A stretch of 64,000 nucleotides of DNA from an uncultured Chromatiales bacterium (lineage in GTDB: Bacteria > Pseudomonadota > Gammaproteobacteria > Poriferisulfidales > Oxydemutatoraceae): NCBI GenBank assembly GCA_964347615.1, contig CAYFZO010000005.1, positions 34,282-98,281 of the forward strand. Reading direction: 5' to 3'. The notes under the pieces are model-generated. The model searched no databases. It saw only the letters and a program-made list of their open reading frames with translations, and had not been told where the DNA came from. The position numbers and the translations under genes were made by a program. The first letter of the stretch is position 1, and every line of letters begins with the position of its first letter. This document shows, piece by piece, positions 58,561 to 64,000 of this stretch.

Positions 58561-60032
58561 AAGCCCGCTCCGACGATGTCCCGCGCCGCCCGCGTCGCAA
58601 CCGTGACCAGGCCGGCGGCGTGAAAGCCGATATAAAGGTTCAGCGCAATCAGGATCCACACCGGTATCAGCAGCGCTTTCGGCGCTTCACAAGGCTCCGC
58701 GCCCGCTTCGGCGGGCGGCGACCGCAGGTAGGCGGCCTCGACCAAGCGCCAGACGTACGCCACGGTAATCAACGAGCCGACGAGGACGACGACGGCCAAC
58801 GGCCAGAGACCGGCGTCGAGAACGGCAACGACCAACTGCCACTTGCCGATGAAGCCCGCGGTCAACGGCACGCCGATCAAGCTCAGCCCGCCGATGACGA
58901 TTGCCGCCATCGTCCACGGCATGCGCCGCCCGAGCCCGGCGAAACTTTCGACGCGGCAACCGCCGACCCGATGGACGACGCAACCGATCGCAAGAAACAG
59001 CCCGCCCTTGATCAGCGCGTGGTTGAACAGATACACCAATGCCGCACCGACGCCGCTCGCCGAAACCAACCCGACGCCGAGCGTAACGTAGCCGATCTGG
59101 GAAACGCTCGAATACGCCATCATGCGCTTGACATTGTCCTGATAAACGGCGGCCACCGAGGCGAAGACGACGGCGGCGGACGACAACAGCAACAGTGCCA
59201 CGTCGAAACCGGTACTTTCCCAAGCGACGTCCGCACCGAACACGCCGAAGAACAAACGCACGACGAGATAGATGCCGGTCTTGGTCGAGACCGCGGCGAG
59301 CAGAGCCGCCACCGGCGACGGCGCGAACGTGTAGGCGTCGGGCAACCACCAGTGCAACGGGAACAACGCCATCTTCATCGCGAGCCCGACGGTAATGAAA
59401 GCCAGCCCCGCGACGACGACGCGGCTCGATGCCGCTTCAGGCAGACGCAACGCGAGATCGCTCAGGTTCAGCGTGCCGGTCATCATGTACAAATATCCGA
59501 CGCCGATCAGGAAAAAAGTCGCGCCGACCGCACCCATCAACAGATAACGGTACGCCGCGAGCGGCGGCGCGCCGCCGCGCCCCAGCGCAATCAGCGCATA
59601 AGACGAGAGCGCGGCAATCTCAAGAAACACGAAGACGTTGAACAGGTCGTCGGTGACGACGATGCCGAGCATCCCCGCGATGCACAGCAGGAACAGCGCG
59701 GAGAAATAACCGTCGCCGTCGAACTCGCGCGCCGAACCGCACACGGCGAACAACGCGACGACGCTTGCAATCAACGCAATCAGCAGAACGAACAACGCGC
59801 CCAGAAGGTCCACGCGGTAGGTGATGCCCCACGGCGCGGGCCAGCCCCCGAGTTCGTAGCGCCAAACGAAACCGCCGGCGGCCTCGACGAACATCATCAC
59901 GGCACAGGCCAGAACGAAGACGGCGACGCCGAAAGCAAGCAGCCGCGTGAGTTCAAAGCGACGCAGCACGATGCAAAGCGGCGCGCTTAAAAGCGGCGCG
60001 ACGACGACGAGAATCGGCAGGTGACGCAGCAC
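58557..60032 (-). CDS. mrpD: NuoL/M/N-family antiporter-like subunit (MrpD-like), copy 1.
   Basis: 491 aa, for example ...WLPDAYTFAPSPVAALLAAVSTKTGIY... Confidence 0.8.
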   Translation of the reverse strand: MLRHLPILVVVAPLLSAPLCIVLRRFELTRLLAFGVAVFVLACAVMMFVEAAGGFVWRYELGGWPAPWGITYRVDLLGALFVLLIALIASVVALFAVCGSAREFDGDGYFSALFLLCIAGMLGIVVTDDLFNVFVFLEIAALSSYALIALGRGGAPPLAAYRYLLMGAVGATFFLIGVGYLYMMTGTLNLSDLALRLPEAASSRVVVAGLAFITVGLAMKMALFPLHWWLPDAYTFAPSPVAALLAAVSTKTGIYLVVRLFFGVFGADVAWESTGFDVALLLLSSAAVVFASVAAVYQDNVKRMMAYSSVSQIGYVTLGVGLVSASGVGAALVYLFNHALIKGGLFLAIGCVVHRVGGCRVESFAGLGRRMPWTMAAIVIGGLSLIGVPLTAGFIGKWQLVVAVLDAGLWPLAVVVLVGSLITVAYVWRLVEAAYLRSPPAEAGAEPCEAPKALLIPVWILIALNLYIGFHAAGLVTVATRAARDIVGAGL

Positions 60033-60041
60033 GTGCCCGCC

Positions 60042-60437
60042 TTAGTGGCGCTCGTCCCGCGGCCCGATTTCCGGCTCGTCTTGTAAGGGGGGTATCTCCT
60101 CTTCCTCCAAAGTTCCCCAAGCGTCGCTGATTCGAACCACCAGCGACAGCCCCAGCGCCGTGGTCGCAATCGAGACCACGATGGCAGTCAGTATCAGCAC
60201 GTGCGGCAACGGGTTCGCATAGACGCCGTCGGTCTCGCCCAGAATCGGCGGCATCGCGTCGCGGGCTGCGGCAAGCAGTATGAACAGCACGAAGACCGCG
60301 CTTTGAAGTACGCCGAGGCCGATCAGCTTCTTGATCAGGTTGCCGTAGGCAATCATGATGTAAAGCCCGATCATCATCACCACGACCACGATCAAGTATC
60401 CGTAGTGCCCCGCCGCCGCCTGAACAAAACCGCTCAC
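60042..60437 (-). CDS. mrpC: Mrp antiporter subunit C (NuoK-like).
   Basis: 131 aa with three TM helices, typical MnhC layout. Confidence 0.75.
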   Translation of the reverse strand: MSGFVQAAAGHYGYLIVVVVMMIGLYIMIAYGNLIKKLIGLGVLQSAVFVLFILLAAARDAMPPILGETDGVYANPLPHVLILTAIVVSIATTALGLSLVVRISDAWGTLEEEEIPPLQDEPEIGPRDERH

Positions 60438-60880
60438 GATTCGCCCTCCGTTTTTTCGGTTCTCTCCTCGGTGAACAGATAGAACACGGTAACCACGACC
60501 CCAACTATTGTGACGCCGACGCCGAGTTCGACCAGAAAAATACCGGCGTGCTGCCCCTCAAGCGGGTTTTCGGCCAACGCGTCGTAGTCGAGAAACGACC
60601 CGCCCATGAACATCGACGCAAGCCCGGTACCGGCGTAAAGCAACACGCCGAGGCAGGCGAGCACCTCGGCCGTGCGTCTTGAAATCACGCGCTTGAGGCG
60701 TTCCCGGCCGTAGGTCAAGGCGTAGATGACGATGCCGACCGAGAAGATGACGCCGCCTTGAAACCCGCCGCCCGGGCCGAAGTCGCCGTGGAACTGCACG
60801 TAAAGCGCATACAGCAGAACCAGCGGCACGAGCACGTGCGCGGTCTCACGCAACACCGGGTTGTCCTTGATGAGCGGCAT
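60434..60880 (-). CDS. mrpB: Mrp antiporter subunit B.
   Basis: 148 aa, 4 TM helices. HGDFGPGGGFQGG is the MnhB signature. Confidence 0.75.
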   Translation of the reverse strand: MPLIKDNPVLRETAHVLVPLVLLYALYVQFHGDFGPGGGFQGGVIFSVGIVIYALTYGRERLKRVISRRTAEVLACLGVLLYAGTGLASMFMGGSFLDYDALAENPLEGQHAGIFLVELGVGVTIVGVVVTVFYLFTEERTEKTEGES

Positions 60881-60885
60881 CGCCC

Positions 60886-61440
60886 TCAGCCCGAAGCCTG
60901 CCTCGCGGCGCGCCGGCGGCGGCGCCCCGCCGCGAACACCCCGGCGACGCCGACGCCGGCGGTGAAAATCACGACCAGCTCGCCGAACGTGTCAAAGCCG
61001 CGATAACTTGCAAGCACCGCGGTAACCACGTTGGGCACGCCGACTTCCCGCGGAGTGTTTTGGAGGTAGTACTCGGCGACGTGGCGGTTGGCCGGTGCGT
61101 CGGGCGACCCCAAGCGCGGGATCTCCGGCACCGCGTACAGCAGCAACGCACCGGTCAGCAACACCAAGACGAGCGCCGACCGCTTGCGCTTGGCCGTGTA
61201 GGCGTGAAAGTGCGCGGTCGTGGCGAGGGCCGCGAGGAACAGCACCGTCGAAAAGCCGGCGCCGACCGCCGCTTCGGTGAAAGCGACGTCGGGCGCATCG
61301 AGCGAGACGAACAATCCCGCGCCCAACAAGCTGTAAATCGCCAGCAGCAACACCGCGGCGAACAGATTCCTGCTCGCCGCGACCACCGCCGCCGCCGCGG
61401 TCAGCAACGACAACAACACGGCGATAACCGCGTGTTCCAT
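60886..61440 (-). CDS. MnhB-related small membrane subunit (DUF4040-like, MbhD-type).
   Basis: 184 aa, hydrophobic. It sits between mrpG and mrpB, as in the Mbh/Mbx gene order. Confidence 0.55.
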   Translation of the reverse strand: MEHAVIAVLLSLLTAAAAVVAASRNLFAAVLLLAIYSLLGAGLFVSLDAPDVAFTEAAVGAGFSTVLFLAALATTAHFHAYTAKRKRSALVLVLLTGALLLYAVPEIPRLGSPDAPANRHVAEYYLQNTPREVGVPNVVTAVLASYRGFDTFGELVVIFTAGVGVAGVFAAGRRRRRAARQASG

Positions 61441-61748
61441 CAGCTTTCGTCGCCCCGATGGTGCCGCGCCGCGCGGGCGATTGCGTGGGTCGTGGTCGGC
61501 ACCGTCACCAGCAAAAGCAGCAGTATCAGCACCACTTTCAAGGTAGCCTGCACCATGCCCATCTGCAGAGCCAGTCCCGCGAGCGGCGCGAGTACGCCGA
61601 GCGTGTCAATCAGCCCGACCGCGTGCGCACGCGTGTAGAAGTCGGGCATACGCAATGCGCCGATGCCCCCCACAATCAAGAAAAAGCAGCCGACGCCGAT
61701 CAACGTCCAGCTTGCCGCGTTGATAACGACTTCATTCATGGGATTCAT
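61440..61748 (-). CDS. mrpG: Mrp antiporter subunit G.
   Basis: MNPMNEVVINAASWTLIGVGCFFLIVGGIGALRMPDFYTRAHAVG... The start is taken at the ATG at 61748 (61739 is also possible). Confidence 0.75.
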   Translation of the reverse strand: MNPMNEVVINAASWTLIGVGCFFLIVGGIGALRMPDFYTRAHAVGLIDTLGVLAPLAGLALQMGMVQATLKVVLILLLLLVTVPTTTHAIARAARHHRGDES

Positions 61749-62031
61749 CGGCGTGCGTTTCGTGCGCGGGCAGCCGGCGATCCTCGAAAAACCGCAACAC
61801 CGCAACCGCCGCGACAAAGTTAAGCAACACGTAAAGCAACGCAATATCCATAAGGTCGTGCTGGTCGAACTCGACGCCGAGCAGCACCAGCAACAGCACC
61901 GTCAAGGTGCCGAACGTGTTGATCGCGAGCACCCGGTTGAACAGCCCGGGGCCTTTGGCCGCGCGGATCAGCAGCATCACCATCGCGGCGGCAATCGCGG
62001 CACCCAACGCGGCAAACGGCAGCACCGTCAT
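61732..62031 (-). CDS. mrpF: Mrp antiporter subunit F.
   Basis: 99 aa: MTVLPFAALGAAIAAAMVMLLIRAAKGPGLFNRVLAINTFGT... Confidence 0.8.
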   Translation of the reverse strand: MTVLPFAALGAAIAAAMVMLLIRAAKGPGLFNRVLAINTFGTLTVLLLVLLGVEFDQHDLMDIALLYVLLNFVAAVAVLRFFEDRRLPAHETHADESHE

Positions 62032-62504
62032 TGCTCCTGCCCCTCAAGCCGCGAGACCTTCCGGTCGAGCCGGGCGTGTGCGGCGGCGTCTTCTCCGAGC
62101 CCGAGGGTGTGAACCTCGATGCAGTCGTCTTCGACCTGGGTGCTCAGTGTGCCGGGCGTCAACGTGATCGAGTTCGCGTGCACCAGCTTGGCGAGGTCGT
62201 TCTTCTGCGTCATCGGCACGCGCGTGAAACCCGGGGAAATCGGCAAGCTCGGACGCAACACCGTCACCGCCACCCGTACGCACGAGACCACCACGTGCCC
62301 CAGCAGCCAGACCGTGTACCGCGGCAAGCGCAGATAAAAGCCCGGCGTGTGAAAACCCGCGCCGAAGATCCGCATCCGCGAACCGAGCCAAATCACCAGC
62401 ATCGCGCTGGTGGCGCCGAGCATCGTGACGAACGGGGTGTGCTGACCCGACAGCAAAAGCCACAAGGCGAACAACAGGACGAAAAGAGTCGCGCGTACAA
62501 CCAT
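62028..62504 (-). CDS. mrpE: Mrp antiporter subunit E.
   Basis: MVVRATLFVLLFALWLLLSG... The start is taken at the ATG at 62504 (the track ORF extends to 62585). Confidence 0.7.
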   Translation of the reverse strand: MVVRATLFVLLFALWLLLSGQHTPFVTMLGATSAMLVIWLGSRMRIFGAGFHTPGFYLRLPRYTVWLLGHVVVSCVRVAVTVLRPSLPISPGFTRVPMTQKNDLAKLVHANSITLTPGTLSTQVEDDCIEVHTLGLGEDAAAHARLDRKVSRLEGQEQ

Positions 62505-62514
62505 CGCCGCCTCG

Positions 62515-63705
62515 TCAAGCCTGATGCACCGGCTTGCCTTGCGTCGCGAGGCTCGGCCCGCCTTCGCCGATGCGCTCGAAAACAACCGCGAGTTCGCGGC
62601 AAACCTCGGCCGACGGCGCGAGAAGAAGACTCTTCTTCAAGCAGTGGCGCGCTTGGTCCCACAGGCCGGCTTGGCGGTAGATCTTGCCGAGGCACAGCAG
62701 CAGCGCCGGGTTCTCCGGCTTGCTCGCAAGCCAACGCTCGGCGTGTTGCAGACGCTCGTCAACGCCGCCCCCGACGTCGCCCTCGACGTCGCCCCCGATG
62801 TCACCATAGGCCACGATGTCGTCCTCGTCCCACTTTGCCTCGATCGCCTCGCGCAAGAGCTGTTCGGCCTCCTTGGGCGCGCCAGCGCGCGCCAGCATCC
62901 GTGCATAGTCCGCCAGCAGCGCCGACTTCACCGTCGCGCCGAGCTTGCGCCACCGACGCCTGAGCTCATCCTGGTCGGCGCGGTCGGCAGCGCGTTGCAA
63001 CCGTTGCTTTTCCACCGACGCTTCGACGGCGTGCAATCTGTCGGGACGGTTTGCATGAAGTCTGCGCAGCTGCGGCAACGACTCGACGAGCGCGTCCCAG
63101 TCGCCGAGCCTCGCACACGCCCGCGCCAGCAACTCGGCAACCTTGTGGTTGTCCGGCTGACGGCGGCGAAGTTCCGCGAGGCGCTTGGCGGCTTGCTCGA
63201 CCTGTCCCGACTCAAGCTGCATCTCGGCTTCAATCAGCGCCGCGCAGAACCCATCGTCCTCGTTCTTCTGGTGCACCGTTTGCAACGCGGCGCGGGTTTC
63301 CCTGAATTGGCCGTCCCGCAACGCGCAGTACGCCGCGAGCAGGGCGGCGGTCGGTGCGAAATGACCGCCATGGGCTTGCGCCGCGCGCAGGAGACGCTTG
63401 CGTGCCTGCTCCCTTCGCCCTTGCAGATACAGCGAAACGCCTTGTACGAACGCTTGGCGCCGACTGATGAGACGACGGTCGCGCCAAACCTGCACCAGCC
63501 GAACGGGCAAACCGAGCAACGCGCCGATCAAGCGCAACACGATCAGCAAGGCGACGCCCGCGAGCAGCACCACCACGAAGTTGGTGGCGAACGACGTATC
63601 ACCCCAAGTGAAGCGCACGGTCGCCCACGTGGTCTGATGGTCGGCAAAAATCAGCGCCGCGGCGATCAAGCCAAGTACCACCGCGATGAACAACAACCAC
63701 TTCAC
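62515..63705 (-). CDS. hemY: HemY-like protein (N-terminal TM helices plus TPR repeats).
   Basis: MKWLLFIAVVLGLIAAALIF..., a second TM helix, then TPR-like helices ending ...LGKIYRQAGLWDQARHCLKKSL. The overall layout matches E. coli HemY. Confidence 0.65.
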   Translation of the reverse strand: MKWLLFIAVVLGLIAAALIFADHQTTWATVRFTWGDTSFATNFVVVLLAGVALLIVLRLIGALLGLPVRLVQVWRDRRLISRRQAFVQGVSLYLQGRREQARKRLLRAAQAHGGHFAPTAALLAAYCALRDGQFRETRAALQTVHQKNEDDGFCAALIEAEMQLESGQVEQAAKRLAELRRRQPDNHKVAELLARACARLGDWDALVESLPQLRRLHANRPDRLHAVEASVEKQRLQRAADRADQDELRRRWRKLGATVKSALLADYARMLARAGAPKEAEQLLREAIEAKWDEDDIVAYGDIGGDVEGDVGGGVDERLQHAERWLASKPENPALLLCLGKIYRQAGLWDQARHCLKKSLLLAPSAEVCRELAVVFERIGEGGPSLATQGKPVHQA

Positions 63706-64000
63706 GGCGTCATCTCCGCGGCAAGCGAGCGCACCTTATCGAGCGCGACACCGATGCGCGGCGGCCTGCCCGCGACGTCGAGCGCGTACAAAACCCGCAA
63801 CTCGGCAACCATCGGCACGCTCTGCTCACCCTCCTGTTCGAACAGCTGCATCGCGTTGGCAACGGCGCGACGATAAGATACGGCGTCGCCGGCAAGCGCC
63901 GCGGTCCTTGCAAGCGCGAGCGAGTGTACGGCGAGGGTCCGGTTGAACCGCCGCCCCGCGCCGGCGTTCTCCTCGACCACGACCAGCCGATCCAGGCGGT
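63702..64000 (-). CDS. C-terminal part of an upstream gene, possibly hemX-like; it is incomplete at the window edge.
   Basis: The ORF continues beyond coordinate 64000. Only about 90 C-terminal residues are visible. Confidence 0.3.
   Translation of the reverse strand, partial: RLDRLVVVEENAGAGRRFNRTLAVHSLALARTAALAGDAVSYRRAVANAMQLFEQEGEQSVPMVAELRVLYALDVAGRPPRIGVALDKVRSLAAEMTP

Noticed and set aside
57106-59990. 505-aa and 456-aa plus-strand ORFs over the Mrp cluster.
   Set aside because: They are the antisense of polytopic membrane-protein genes and are extremely Arg/Gln/His-rich. The minus-strand proteins have clear TM-helix periodicity.
62524-63876. 450-aa plus-strand ORF.
   Set aside because: It is the antisense of the hemY-like gene, and hemY has a TM plus TPR architecture.

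Overview
High-GC (about 63-66% by eye) gammaproteobacterial chromosomal segment, mostly housekeeping genes, with several acquired or rearranged patches that are the interesting part. The strongest candidate for a previously undescribed system is the two-gene AT-rich cassette at 1238-3343. The other notable features are the near-identical 2.1-kb tandem duplication at 14502-18531, the gpmI-proximal fic island with its repeat families, and the Mbh-ordered Mrp-like cluster with three NuoL-like subunits.

Core backbone, in window order:
- rodZ-like (partial) and ndk.
- A complete isc operon: iscR-iscS-iscU-iscA-hscB-hscA-fdx-iscX (minus strand, 3422-9101).
- trmJ, suhB and a YbiB/TrpD2-like gene.
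- A two-component system (19077-20832).
- Pyruvate dehydrogenase genes in a split arrangement: aceE (+) ... ald, tRNA-Val ... then lpdA-aceF (-).
- lptM-lysA, rpsT, proB, obg, rpmA, rplU.
- hisBHAFE and tatABC, gpmI, recG.
- A long Mrp/Mbh-like antiporter cluster (55090-62504) and a hemY-like gene.

Accessory or unusual content:
1. A strongly AT-rich two-gene cassette (AAA_15/AAA_21-type ABC ATPase plus a 212-aa Cys-rich protein) inserted on the opposite strand between iscX and ndk, which are normally adjacent. This is the best candidate for an uncharacterised defence-like system.
2. A near-identical 2.1-kb tandem duplication (14502-18531) carrying a polytopic membrane-protein gene, with a microhomology junction that truncates a neighbouring gene. 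An orphan S24 peptidase sits beside it, plus a Cys-less HesB-like gene translationally coupled to the two-component system.
3. A three-member paralogous outer-membrane beta-barrel family, plus a silent C-terminal fragment that forms a direct repeat.
4. A standalone MmeI-like Type IIL/IIG restriction-modification enzyme between an FGE-family repeat protein and hisB.
5. An AT-rich island downstream of gpmI. It carries a diverged duplicate of the gpmI 3' end, three 43-bp hairpin repeats, a Fic-family gene, two unknown genes, and three ~95-bp palindromic repeats.
6. An Mrp cluster in the archaeal Mbh-like order (E-F-G-B'-B-C-D) with three NuoL-like subunits.

No CRISPR array, rRNA gene or recognisable transposase/integrase was seen.
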